Position numbers and translations under genes: made by a program
Source: Campylobacterales bacterium
GTDB lineage: Bacteria; Campylobacterota; Campylobacteria; Campylobacterales; QNZT01
Reading direction: 5' to 3'
NCBI GenBank assembly: GCA_026994915.1
Contig: JALWPY010000155.1
Span: forward strand, 1-43,755
Length of the DNA stretch: 43,755 nucleotides
Part shown: positions 8,849-19,200 of the stretch, in pieces
How the letters are laid out: every line of letters begins with the position of its first letter
How positions within the stretch are numbered: the first letter of the stretch is position 1
The notes under the pieces: model-generated
The model's database searches: none
What the model was told of the DNA's origin: nothing
What the model saw: only the letters and a program-made list of their open reading frames with translations

Positions 8849-9358
8849 ATGCTAGATATAATAAAACTAATAAGGATCACTGTGATTAGTTTAAAAAATA
8901 TCGTATTTATCAGTTTGGTAATTTTGATCAGCGGTTGTGCCAGTGTGGCAAATTACACACCCAGGCAGAGTATCCCGCATGACGGGACGATCACGGTGTT
9001 GCCGTTTAAAAACAACACCGACTCTCCGATGGCGGGTCAGAAGGCCAAAAACATCATGGAGGGGATACTGGTTGCGAACAATCTGCCTGTAAAGATTATA
9101 GCCCTCAGATGCAATCCCGACAATATCAGAAGCTGTCTGCGTAGAGTGCGTTCACGCTACTACGTGCAGGGCAATGTCAACGAGTGGCGGTATAAAACAG
9201 GGCTTGACGCCGAGCCTGCCGTGGCAGTGAGCTTCAACATCGTCGACAGGACCAGCGGTGCAGTCGTCTACAGTGCTGTCGGTGCCAAAAACGGATGGGG
9301 ACAGGAGTCGGTCGGATCGGTTGCCCAGAAACTCTTCATGGATCTAACTAAACACTGA
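8849..9358 (+). CDS. pelC: PelC-like outer-membrane lipoprotein
   Basis: Lipobox LISGC, then NVNEWRYKTGLDAEPAVAVSFNIVD, which resembles the PelC core. An alternative in-frame GTG start at 8882 has AAGGA 5 nt upstream and gives a textbook 19-aa lipoprotein signal peptide. Confidence 0.75.
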   Translation: MLDIIKLIRITVISLKNIVFISLVILISGCASVANYTPRQSIPHDGTITVLPFKNNTDSPMAGQKAKNIMEGILVANNLPVKIIALRCNPDNIRSCLRRVRSRYYVQGNVNEWRYKTGLDAEPAVAVSFNIVDRTSGAVVYSAVGAKNGWGQESVGSVAQKLFMDLTKH

Positions 9359-10611
9359 TGCCCTCTTTGACACTGCAAACCGCTCTGAAGTATGCCGAAT
9401 CACTTTTGATTGCGGTACTGTTTATTGGTGCGGGATATCTGCTGCACAGGGAAGATCCCTGTTTCATTCATGAGAAGATCGATGTCTCGATCCTTATGCT
9501 GGCACTGGTGACGCTCTTTTTCGGCTGGCCGGGGCTCTTCTCGTTTCTGCTGATATATGGGCTGGCACTCTACCTGTTCTATCCCCATTTCCCGGTTTAC
9601 CAACTGCTTGAACTTACGATTCTGGGGCTGGTACTCTACCTCTTCTACTATCTCTGGGAGACACGGCTGAAGAGTTATGCCCTGCAGAAAGAGTATTTTC
9701 GCAAAAAGCTCGATGAAAACAGCAATGCTTTCTATACACTCAAGGCATCATACGATCAGCTTGAAAAAGCCTATATCACCAAACCTCACAGCCTTAAAGA
9801 GTCGGTGGCACGGATCGTGGAGATCTCCACAGTGAATCCCAAAGAGGCGAAAAGAGAGTTTTTGAAACTTCTCTCCCAGTACTATCATGTCAAAAAAGCC
9901 TCTGTCGCCACTTTCGATGCGCATCAGCATATCCGCACGATCGACACACTGGAACCCGACGTACATCTGGATCGCAAAGATCTGCTGATAGAGGAAGCGC
10001 TGGAGAAGGGGAAACCGGTCTATATCGATTTTGAAAGAGAGGAGAACCAGACAGATTATCTGGCGGCTATCCCTTTTGCGCTTTCGGAAAATGCAACCGG
10101 CATGCTGGTTATCGAAGATATGCTCTTCACTTCTTTCGATAAAGATACCCTGCTTGAAATTTCGGTGATTTTCAGCTATTTTATGCAAAATCTGGAGAGA
10201 GAGCATTTTCTGAAACGGTACAATTGCCGGAGGCACTATCTTTCGGAGGCGTTTACATTCGAGTTGTGTCGGATGGAACGCATTGCACAGGAAAAGGGTG
10301 TTCCCTCATCCATGATCATCCTGCGCTCAGCCGATGAGGCGATGATGCGCCGGCTCTACCATTTCCTCTCCCGCCGTAAACGGACGATAGATATGATTCA
10401 GACTTTGACCATAGGTGGTAAAGAATTTGTGATCATCCTGCTTTTTCCCTTCCTGAAAAAAGCGGGTGTGGAGGGATTTGTCTCCAGAATGTATGCCGAT
10501 TTGAGCAGCGATGCCTCTATGAAGCAGTGGTTGCATGGCAGAGCGTTTCGCTATGAGATTATCGATGCAAGCTTCAGCCAGTTGAAAAAAAACCTGCAAA
10601 ATAAGTCCTAA
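9358..10611 (+). CDS. pelD: PelD-like inner-membrane c-di-GMP receptor (4 TM, GAF-like, degenerate GGDEF)
   Basis: 417 aa with four N-terminal TM helices. An RxxD motif (RTID, 10381-10392) is followed by an Arg 35 residues later (10486-10488), the same spacing as the c-di-GMP-binding residues I recall for P. aeruginosa PelD. The TGATG overlap with pelC indicates coupling. Confidence 0.75.
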   Translation: MPSLTLQTALKYAESLLIAVLFIGAGYLLHREDPCFIHEKIDVSILMLALVTLFFGWPGLFSFLLIYGLALYLFYPHFPVYQLLELTILGLVLYLFYYLWETRLKSYALQKEYFRKKLDENSNAFYTLKASYDQLEKAYITKPHSLKESVARIVEISTVNPKEAKREFLKLLSQYYHVKKASVATFDAHQHIRTIDTLEPDVHLDRKDLLIEEALEKGKPVYIDFEREENQTDYLAAIPFALSENATGMLVIEDMLFTSFDKDTLLEISVIFSYFMQNLEREHFLKRYNCRRHYLSEAFTFELCRMERIAQEKGVPSSMIILRSADEAMMRRLYHFLSRRKRTIDMIQTLTIGGKEFVIILLFPFLKKAGVEGFVSRMYADLSSDASMKQWLHGRAFRYEIIDASFSQLKKNLQNKS

Positions 10612-10622
10612 ATAATCAAGGT

Positions 10623-11558
10623 ATGGAAAAGATGAATCTCTTACAATTCGCCACCGAACACACTGGCCTGATTCTGGCCTTTTATCTGGCAGGAACGGCA
10701 CTCTTTTCCTGGCTGGTGATGAAGCTGTTTGGACGTAACAGTCTGCGTCTATTCGCTCTGCTGTTTCTCTTCAATACCCTGATGGTACTCGTCGGTCCGA
10801 TCATGACTCTGCTGCTCTATCTCTACCTGCACTACAACAACAGAAAGATTCCCCGGATCAATGCGCATATTCTGGACCGGGATCAGTTGCAGCGCTCGTT
10901 TCCGCACGTAGAGAGAATGTATGGAGAGGGGCCCCTGGAGAAGCTACTGGGAGATGTGCAGATTCCAGAAATGCGCAAAGTACAGATTCTGACCCACATT
11001 ACAGAGAAACTCTCCCGGAGTGATGTGGCGCTTTTGCATGCGTCGCTTTCGGGCAGGAGTGATGAGAGCAGGCTGCTCAGTTTCGGTGTGCTCAACGGTA
11101 TGGAACAACAACTCAACGACCGGATCAGCCATCTCCTCCGGAAGCTGGAGCATGAAGAGGATACGACACAAAAAGCGATCTATGAGAAGGAGATCGCCTA
11201 TCTGTACCGGGAGTTTGTCTACTATGGTCTGGTGAGTGAAGAGCTCGAATCTTTCTATCTTAAAAATGCCGTTACGTATGCCGTCAGGGCGCTGAAAGCC
11301 TATCCGCAGTCGGCGGAGCTCTATCTGCTCCTGGGAAAAATCTATCTCTATGTCAAAGAGTATGATCAGGCACAGAAAGCGTTCGCACTGGCGATGCAGG
11401 ATCCCCGGTTTGCAGAGGAGACACTTCCCTATATGGCGGAACTGAGCTTCATGAAAAAAGATTTCAAAGCATTCAGGGAAATTTTGCCGAAACTGAGGGA
11501 GTTGCGCTACTCGCCCCGAGCTTCGCGATTTACTTCTTTGTGGAAAGAGGCTTCATGA
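10623..11558 (+). CDS. pelE: PelE-like inner-membrane TPR protein
   Basis: 311 aa with two N-terminal TM helices followed by a TPR-like helical region (...AVRALKAYPQSAELYLLLGKIYLYVKEYDQAQKAFALAMQ...). Its position between pelD and pelF supports the call. Confidence 0.65.
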   Translation: MEKMNLLQFATEHTGLILAFYLAGTALFSWLVMKLFGRNSLRLFALLFLFNTLMVLVGPIMTLLLYLYLHYNNRKIPRINAHILDRDQLQRSFPHVERMYGEGPLEKLLGDVQIPEMRKVQILTHITEKLSRSDVALLHASLSGRSDESRLLSFGVLNGMEQQLNDRISHLLRKLEHEEDTTQKAIYEKEIAYLYREFVYYGLVSEELESFYLKNAVTYAVRALKAYPQSAELYLLLGKIYLYVKEYDQAQKAFALAMQDPRFAEETLPYMAELSFMKKDFKAFREILPKLRELRYSPRASRFTSLWKEAS

Positions 11559-13060
11559 GTGGCAGAGAGCCGGTAGATATCATGCTCATCGCCGAAGGGA
11601 CCTATCCTTATGTGCGTGGAGGCGTTTCGAGCTGGATCGATCAACTTATCAAAGGATTGCCACACTATCGGTTCGGGGTGCTCTTTCTGGGCAGCACGCG
11701 GGAAGAGTACACGAAGATGCAGTACTCTTTGCCGGAGAATGTGCACTTTTTCGAAGAGTATTTTCTCTTCGATGAGGTGGAGGTGAAAGCACCTGCCAAA
11801 CGGAAAATGGGTAAAGAGGCGATGGCGAAAATCCGGAAGTTTCATCAACATATCCGGAGCAAGGCGTATGTGGATTATCGACAGCTTCTGACGCCGGAGC
11901 TGCTGCTCGATGAGGTGCAACTGGAAGATCTGCTCTATGCGGAGGAGTCGTGGGATTTTATACGGGAAAATTACCGCCGGAACTGTGACGATATCTCCTT
12001 TATCGACTACTTCTGGACCGTTCGCAGCATCCATCGTCCTATCTGGCTGCTGGCCAAAATCGCACAGCGTATCGACTTTGCCAAAGTGGTGCATGCGCCC
12101 TCGACCGGTTATGCCGGTTTCACAGCGGCTTTGATCAAAAACTTTCACGGTACCCCTTTTATGCTGACCGAACACGGCATCTACATACGTGAACGAAAGA
12201 TGGATATGCATGCCAATGCCGCCTTTTCGCTCTACAAATCGACCCTGCAAAAGTCTATCGGCAGCAGTGACTATCTCAAGTCGATGTGGATCAACTTTTT
12301 TGAGAAGATCGGTTTCTTTACCTATCAGAGTGCCGATGAGATCCTCTCTCTCTTTCAGGGGGCCAGATCGCTGCAGATCGCTTTTGGGGCACCTGAAGCA
12401 CGCTGTAGTGTCATCCCAAACGGTGTCGATACCCGCAGACTCGGTGCTCTGGTGGCAAAGCGTGAGGCCGGTGTTCCCCGTGTGATTACACTGCTGGGCC
12501 GTGTGGTCGCGATCAAGGATATCAAGACATTTATACGTGCCATGCGAATCGTGGCGGACCGTTTTCCCGATGTGGAGGGGTGGATCACCGGACCGATGGA
12601 CGAAGACAAACGCTATGCCGAAGAGTGTGAGCGTATGGTCACCTCGATGCGTCTGGAGAATAATATCCGTTTTCTGGGATTTCAGAAGATAGACGACATC
12701 CTGCCAAAGTCGGGTATCCTGACGCTGACGTCGGTGAGTGAAGGAATGCCGCTGGTCATACTGGAGGGGTTTGCCGCGGGATTGCCGTGTGTGGCGACAG
12801 ATGTCGGGAGTTGCTCGGAATTGATCTGCGGTGCACTCGACGATACCGACAGGGCGATCGGAAAAGCGGGCGAAGTGGTGGCGGTTGCCGATGCATCGGC
12901 ACTGGCACAGGCCTATATCAGACTGCTGGAAGATGAAGATCTCTGGAAGCAGTATCAACAAAATGCGATCAAACGGGTCAATACCTTTTACACCCAGGAG
13001 CTCTTTTTTGAAAAGTATGATGCGATCTATCGAAAGGAGCTGAGCAGATGGCAGGCATAG
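11555..13060 (+). CDS. pelF: PelF glycosyltransferase (GT4)
   Basis: DIMLIAEGTYPYVRGGVSSWIDQLI is the PelF N-terminal signature, and an E-x7-E motif (SEGMPLVILEG) is present. I chose the ATG at 11555 (ATGA overlap with the pelE stop, GGAAAGAGG RBS) over the GTG at 11540 in the ORF track. Confidence 0.9.
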   Translation: MSGREPVDIMLIAEGTYPYVRGGVSSWIDQLIKGLPHYRFGVLFLGSTREEYTKMQYSLPENVHFFEEYFLFDEVEVKAPAKRKMGKEAMAKIRKFHQHIRSKAYVDYRQLLTPELLLDEVQLEDLLYAEESWDFIRENYRRNCDDISFIDYFWTVRSIHRPIWLLAKIAQRIDFAKVVHAPSTGYAGFTAALIKNFHGTPFMLTEHGIYIRERKMDMHANAAFSLYKSTLQKSIGSSDYLKSMWINFFEKIGFFTYQSADEILSLFQGARSLQIAFGAPEARCSVIPNGVDTRRLGALVAKREAGVPRVITLLGRVVAIKDIKTFIRAMRIVADRFPDVEGWITGPMDEDKRYAEECERMVTSMRLENNIRFLGFQKIDDILPKSGILTLTSVSEGMPLVILEGFAAGLPCVATDVGSCSELICGALDDTDRAIGKAGEVVAVADASALAQAYIRLLEDEDLWKQYQQNAIKRVNTFYTQELFFEKYDAIYRKELSRWQA

Positions 13061-14424
13061 GGTTTGAACTCGAGCGCTCGTTGAAAAAGGGGAGCCTCCT
13101 CTCGCATGCGAAAGTGTATGGATATGCGGCGGTGCTCAGTTCCGGTGCATGGATGATCTCCATCGTTTCGATCATCATCGTCGGATACATCAGTCTTACA
13201 ACCTACCGGCTCAGTGAAGAGACTATCCAGTTTCAGCTGATCATCACCTATGCGTTCATGTTCTCATCGAGCTTCATGCTGTCGGGGTTTTTGCAGCTGC
13301 CGCTGACCCGTTTTGTGGCAGATCGTATTTATGAGAAGCGTTACGAAGAGATCTTACCCGCTTACTTTGCGACGGTTTTTGTGATACTGGCGGCGGGTCT
13401 CTTCATCATGACACCGATCACATTCTATCTTCTGCCGGATCAGAGCATCACTTTCCGGGTGCTGACACTGATGATATTTATCATCGTCAGCCTGGTCTGG
13501 ATCGCCAATGTCCTCGCTTCGAGTCTGCAGCAGTACAAAGCGGTGGTATTCGCCTATTTTATCACTTACAGTGCGATCATCGCGCTTGCCTATTTCTACG
13601 GCAAAAATATTCTGTTGCTGATGGGGGCTTTTTTCATTGGCAATTTCATCCTTTTTGCGATTTTGACATCGCTGATCATCAAAGCCTACCCTTCGCCGAA
13701 GTTGATCGATTTCAGCATCTTTAACCCAAAAACTTTTTACTGGCGGCTCTCCCTGAGTGGCTTTTTCTACAATCTCGGTGTCTGGATCGACAAGATCATC
13801 TTCTGGTATCATCCTATGACAGGGTACTTCGTCATCGGCCGCATGAAGGCATCTGTAGTCTACGATCTGCCGATATTTCTGGCCTACCTGGCGATTATTC
13901 CGGGGATGGCGGTCTTTTTTTACCGGCTGGAAGTGGACTTCGCCAAAAGCTTCCAGGGGTTTTACAGTGCTATTACCGAAGGGAAACCGCTCGGTGTCAT
14001 CGAAGCGTACAAAGCGCAGATGAATGCGGATGTCCGGCGTATCCTCAAAGATATCCTCGTCATTCAGGGGATCATCGATATCATGCTCTATTATGCAGCG
14101 CCTTTTATCTTTGCGAAACTCTCCATCCCCGATCTCTACCTCGATCTCTTCTACGTGTTGCTGGCAGGTGCGACGCTGCAGCTGGCATTTATGACGATGC
14201 AGGCACTGCTCTTTTATATTGACAAACGGATTGAAACGCTCTTCCTCTCTGTGCTCTTTTTGTTGTTAAACGGTCTTTTTACCTATCTTTCGATCGATCT
14301 GGGGCCGCAGTACTTCGGATATGGGTATGCTCTTTCACTGCTGATCGTCTTTTTGGTATCATTGCTGATCGTTCGGGAAAAATTTGGGAGGATCGACTAT
14401 GAAACCTTTATGTTGCAAAAATAG
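13048..14424 (+). CDS. pelG: PelG polytopic membrane protein (MOP/PST-like exporter family)
   Basis: The N-terminus MAGIGFELERSLKKGSLLSHAKVYGYAAVLSSGAWMISI closely resembles PelG. About 12 TM segments. Overlaps pelF by 13 nt. Confidence 0.9.
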   Translation: MAGIGFELERSLKKGSLLSHAKVYGYAAVLSSGAWMISIVSIIIVGYISLTTYRLSEETIQFQLIITYAFMFSSSFMLSGFLQLPLTRFVADRIYEKRYEEILPAYFATVFVILAAGLFIMTPITFYLLPDQSITFRVLTLMIFIIVSLVWIANVLASSLQQYKAVVFAYFITYSAIIALAYFYGKNILLLMGAFFIGNFILFAILTSLIIKAYPSPKLIDFSIFNPKTFYWRLSLSGFFYNLGVWIDKIIFWYHPMTGYFVIGRMKASVVYDLPIFLAYLAIIPGMAVFFYRLEVDFAKSFQGFYSAITEGKPLGVIEAYKAQMNADVRRILKDILVIQGIIDIMLYYAAPFIFAKLSIPDLYLDLFYVLLAGATLQLAFMTMQALLFYIDKRIETLFLSVLFLLLNGLFTYLSIDLGPQYFGYGYALSLLIVFLVSLLIVREKFGRIDYETFMLQK

Positions 14425-15271
14425 CATGCTGATTACGGGAGCGCTGCTGCTGGCAGGTGGCATCGCCTACCTTTTGTGGCGCTATTTCGCACCGCATGCA
14501 CCAAAGAGCGCGGTCGTCTGTTACGGACAACACCTTCCGATTGAAAAACTGGCGCAGTTTGATATCGTCATCGTAGAACCGGATGCGATCGATACTGAAG
14601 ATCCCGCATTTGCAAAGATCCGGGAGAAAACATACGCCTATGTGAGTATCGGAGAGTGTGAAAAAAACCGTGATTATTACAGTAAGCTCGACAAAGCGTG
14701 GTTTGCGGGAGAAAATAGTGTGTGGAAAAGTCGGGTACTGGATATGGGCAATCCTGCCTATCAGTCATTTATGATTTCGCATGTGCTGGAGGCGCTGAAG
14801 AAGCGGGGATTTCAAAACTTTTTCTTCGACACAGTCGATGCCTGGCAGCATGTGGCGAAAACACCGCAGGAACGGGAGATCTATGTACAGCGGGTGGCAT
14901 CCTTTATCCACAATGTCAAAAAAGCTTTTCCCGAAAGCAGGATCATCCTCAATCGTGGATTCGAGATCATCGACCTCGTTCATGAGGAGATCGACGGGGT
15001 CCTCTTCGAGTCGCTATTTTACGGTCTCGATCCCAAAACACTCGACTATCGTGAAGTCCCCGAAGCGGACAGGGCGTGGCTGATGAGACATGTGCGAAAA
15101 ATCAGGGCTTACGGCTTGCCGGTGATTGCGCTGGATTATCTGCCTCCGGAGTCTCATCAAAAGATCGCCGAAGATATTGAGCGTATCAAGAAGGAGGGAC
15201 TGATACCCTATATCGGCGACAGATATCTGCAGAAGATCGGCTTTTCGGTGACACCGGAGAGGGGGAACTGA
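14399..15271 (+). CDS. Membrane-anchored GH114-like glycoside hydrolase, equivalent to the PelA hydrolase domain as a stand-alone protein
   Basis: ATG at 14399 with GGGAGG 7 nt upstream and one N-terminal TM helix. A TIM-barrel-like pattern typical of GH114/TM1410-like proteins is present (DIVIVEPD...YAYVSIGE...VLDMGNP...GFQNFFFDTVD...IILNRGFEI...GVLFESLF). Overlaps pelG by 26 nt. Confidence 0.65.
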   Translation: MKPLCCKNSMLITGALLLAGGIAYLLWRYFAPHAPKSAVVCYGQHLPIEKLAQFDIVIVEPDAIDTEDPAFAKIREKTYAYVSIGECEKNRDYYSKLDKAWFAGENSVWKSRVLDMGNPAYQSFMISHVLEALKKRGFQNFFFDTVDAWQHVAKTPQEREIYVQRVASFIHNVKKAFPESRIILNRGFEIIDLVHEEIDGVLFESLFYGLDPKTLDYREVPEADRAWLMRHVRKIRAYGLPVIALDYLPPESHQKIAEDIERIKKEGLIPYIGDRYLQKIGFSVTPERGN

Positions 15272-15273
15272 AA

Positions 15274-16155
15274 GTGAAGAAGTTCTGGCGCAAGCATAAC
15301 CGAATCCTCTTTTCCCCATATGCCACGCTCACAGAAGCGGTTTCGGTGGGTGAGATTCTCTTCCTTGTGCTGATCTTTGCGGGAGTACTCTATCTGCTCT
15401 TTCCCCGGGAGACACTGGAGCAAAAAGTGCTCAAAGAGCGTCAGAACAATGACCTTGCGATCGTCTATCTGGAAAACATGCTCAAGTTCAATCCCGAAAA
15501 CTACAAACTCCTCTTTCATTTCGCAGACATGCACTTCCAGCAGAAGCATTTTCAGCAGGGTCACTTCAAAGTGATCGAGGAGATGGTCATGCGACTGTTG
15601 CACGCCTACGATCCGAGGATCCGTGCCGGAGCGCTGAAGCTGGGCGACAATATCTTCAAACGCCAATATTTTCTGATCAAAGATCCTCATCAGCGCAAGC
15701 GACTGGTCGAAAGAAACAGCCGTTTGCTGGAGCAGCTGCTTCTCTCTTCGGAGGATGTGAAGTATCAGAGCGATCTGCTGACCTATGTCGCCGAAAGCGG
15801 TACGAAAGCGCAATATATCGAACTGATCAAAAAACTTGCACAGAAAGATCCCGTATGGCAGGAGAAACTGGCCGAATACTATATCGCACATGATGCGCTG
15901 CGACAAGGTTTTGCGACGTATGTTTCGATGCTGGCAGATGCCGGAAACAAAGCGCGGCAAAAAGCGCTGTTGCTGCGCACACTGAAGGTGGCGATGTATG
16001 GGAGTTATTTCAAAGAGGGGCGTATTATTGCGCAGCGTTATGAATCAGCGTTTGTCGATGACGATGAAGTGTTTGAAGCGATATTGCGCTTCTATCTCGC
16101 CGCCGGAGAGCAGCAACATGCACGGGCCTATGCACTGAAACGCAAGAGATATTAA
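15274..16155 (+). CDS. TM-anchored TPR-like protein resembling the N-terminal portion of PelB
   Basis: GTG start 2 nt after the upstream stop. A single TM helix is followed by LFPRETLEQKVLKERQNNDLAIVYLENMLKFNPENYKLL, which matches the PelB N-terminal pattern as I recall it, then helical repeats. Confidence 0.5.
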   Translation: MKKFWRKHNRILFSPYATLTEAVSVGEILFLVLIFAGVLYLLFPRETLEQKVLKERQNNDLAIVYLENMLKFNPENYKLLFHFADMHFQQKHFQQGHFKVIEEMVMRLLHAYDPRIRAGALKLGDNIFKRQYFLIKDPHQRKRLVERNSRLLEQLLLSSEDVKYQSDLLTYVAESGTKAQYIELIKKLAQKDPVWQEKLAEYYIAHDALRQGFATYVSMLADAGNKARQKALLLRTLKVAMYGSYFKEGRIIAQRYESAFVDDDEVFEAILRFYLAAGEQQHARAYALKRKRY

Positions 16156-16212
16156 AACAAATCACGATACCGGTCGATCTACCCTTTAGTATAGTCTAAA
16201 AAGGGGAAAGCG

Positions 16213-19200
16213 TTGCATCTGTCGGCTCCGTTGCGGTATCTGCTCTTATTGTCATTTGCACTGTCGTACGCAATGGGATCGACCGGCAGTTGCTATGCTG
16301 TTCAGATCGGCTACTTCGAGAGCAATCCCCCCAAATCGATCACTGCCGCAAAGCTTCCCAAAGAGTGTCGTCTGGTACCCAAAGGTAACGGACAGGCCAT
16401 ACTCTGCGGATATGGCAGTGAAGCGGCGATCAGGAAGAGGGTGGCACACTACAAGGAGGCTTTTCCCGGCGCCTTCCTCACACGAACGACCTGTCGAAAG
16501 CGCCATGCATCTCAGAAAAAGAAGCCGGTAGCGGCCAGTCACCGGGCTATTCCAAAAAAGGCGAAAACAGCCAGTAAAGAGAGACCGGGGATCACAAGTC
16601 CAAACCAGGACCGCCTCGATGCACTGATGTATCAGATTTTTCTCTACAACAACGATCTCAGCCATGCACTCAAAGTGGCCAAATCGGCACTCAAACGCCA
16701 TCCGGACGATCTCCTCTGGCAAAAGCGCCTGGCCGATGTACTGTCATGGAGCGGCAGATCCAAAGAGGCATTTCATCACTATCTCTATCTCTACGAGCAC
16801 CAAAAAGGGGTGCAGAAACCGAAAAAAGAGCTTTCAGGATATGGTGGATATGATGCTTTCTTTGCTCTGCTTGGCAAACTCTATACCCACCCTTCCGATG
16901 CGAAGCTTTTAGAGCAGTTCATAGAGACAGCTGAGCGTCTGGGTGTTACAGAAGAGGCGGCGATTGCACTGGATAAGCTCTATGCACAGACCCAGAATCC
17001 GCAGCTGCTGCGTTACAGTGCCTCCTTTTATGCTCAGGCAGGCTTGCAGAAAGAGGCGTTAAAGCGTCTTGAAAGGCTCAGAAGCATGAAGATACTCGAT
17101 GCCGAAGATGCTGTTCGGCTGGCGCGTATCTACTACGCCAAACGTCGTTTCAAAAAGGCGATAGATGCTCTTTTGAGCGTGCATGGACAGGTGAGTGCGA
17201 ACAACGCTGCCTACTGGAACCTGCTGACCGATCTCTATATCTATCGTAACGAAGATGCCAAAGTGGCGAAGCTGTTGCGCGTACTCTGCCTGCGCGGCGG
17301 GGCATGCCGTCAAAGCGATTACGATTTTCTGATACGTTTTTATCGTACCAGAGAGCCTCTTTTTGCCGCAAAGATCGCACAACGTGCCTGGAAAACGTTT
17401 CATAAGCCGGGCTATTTTATACAATATGCTTCCATCATGCTGGCACAAAAGAGAGATAGCGAGCTCAGCGCGGAGATAGCGAAGTTGCAGGGAAGTGCGC
17501 GGCGCATGCTGGAGCGTTTGCCACTCTACTGGATGACGCTGGCAGACCTGTATCGGCATGTGGGGAAGGATACCAAAGCGCTGGAAGCGTATGCCGAAGC
17601 GCGCAGACGTGATCCCGGTTCTGCGGAGATATTGAAGCGCTACGGTTGGTTTCTGCTCGATCTGGAAGCGCCGGCTCCTCTACAGAAGATTTTACCGGAA
17701 GTGGAAGCCAAAGCACAACATGACACTTCTTTGACAGTCTTGGCAGCGGCGCTCGAAAACAAGCTTGGCCATCCCAAAAAGGCATATCGATACTATCTGC
17801 AGGCATTGCGCCAGGAACCGAAAAATATCGATATCCGGCTCGATCTGGCCGACTTGCTGGATACGATGGGGAAGAGGTCGCGTGCAGCGAAGATGCGTCG
17901 TGAGGTTTTCACAGAGTTGCAAAAGAGGCTGAAGCAACGGCCCGCACTGCTGAACGATCCGCTCTTTCTCACACACTATCTGCGTGTTGCAGTCTACTAT
18001 CTGCCTGCAGATGCCTATCGAAAAGTGCTCACCCATGCCCAAAAAGTCCTGGATCGCCAGGCGTATCTGAATTTCAAAGTGGCATGGGCAGTCTATCGCG
18101 GAAGCGGTGACTATGCGCAGTTTTTGGCCCGTCAGCTCAAAAAGCCGGCACTCTGGATGCGGACCTATCTCACTGCACGCAGGCATGATACAACCCGCAT
18201 GCGTGAGTTGCTGTATCGTTATGGTGCTATCATGCCCGCTGTGGAGAAGGTCGATTTCCAGATAAGCACGGGAGAGATCGCAGCTGCGAGAGAGACGCTC
18301 TTCAAAGCACAGGAGAAAAACCCGGAGAGTGAAGCGCTCTATCGTCAGAAGGTTAGCCTCGAAAAGCAGTATGCCAACCGTCTCGTCACCGATATGGGGT
18401 ATGACCGGCAGGGAGATTTTGAAAATGGTTACGTCAGGATGAAAAACCTGCAGCATCTTTCCAATGTGCTCTATCTGGGAACCCTTTTCGCCTATGGACG
18501 CAACACGCTTTCGGGTGTGCCGGGAGGGTATAACAGTGAGGAGACGATGGCGCGGCTTTGGCTTAAGCTGATGACGGAGAGGTCAGAGGTGGCGTTTGGT
18601 GGTGGATATCGCAACAGCTACAGCCAGAGCGGTCAGCTTTTTCTCTCGATGGCGCGACAGTTCACTGCGAAGCTGCATACAAAAGCAGATCTCCAAAAAA
18701 ATGGGGTGGCAGATGAGACGATCGATCTCAGACGACGCGGTGAAAAAGATCAGATCCGCCTTCAGGCGCAGTATACCTTCGATCCCAGATACAGTATCAG
18801 TGTCGATGCAGCACATAGCATCTACCGTGATCAGGATGGTAGCAAGCTCGGCACGGGAGAGCGTTATGGACTGGAAGCGGATCAGCGGCTGCAGTTCGAC
18901 TATCCCGATCTTGTCGTGCGGGAGTATCTCCATGCGGCACACTTCTCTCCACGGGGTATCCGAAATCGTCTTCCAAAAAGCTATACCGAAGGGGGGATAG
19001 GCCTTTCGATCGGCAAAAGTGTTACAGATCGTTATAATGCCTCCTGGAAACCTTACGCAGATCTTTCAGCAACTTATCATAACCGGTTTGGCTTCTACTT
19101 TGGCGGTGGTGTGGGGCTTTGCGGCAGACTGTTCACCAATGACTACCTCAATCTCTACCTTGGTTACAGCAGATCGGCAGCTGAAGATGAACCGTTGTGG

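Noticed and set aside
8849-16155. Apparent lower GC and absence of long antisense ORFs across pelC/D/E/G compared with pelF and flanking genes, considered as evidence of a mosaic or horizontally acquired pel operon.
   Set aside because: The affected genes are mostly membrane or lipoprotein genes. Their Leu/Ser/Ile/Phe-rich composition alone lowers GC and introduces TTA/CTA/TCA codons. Without computed codon-adaptation statistics the signal is confounded.
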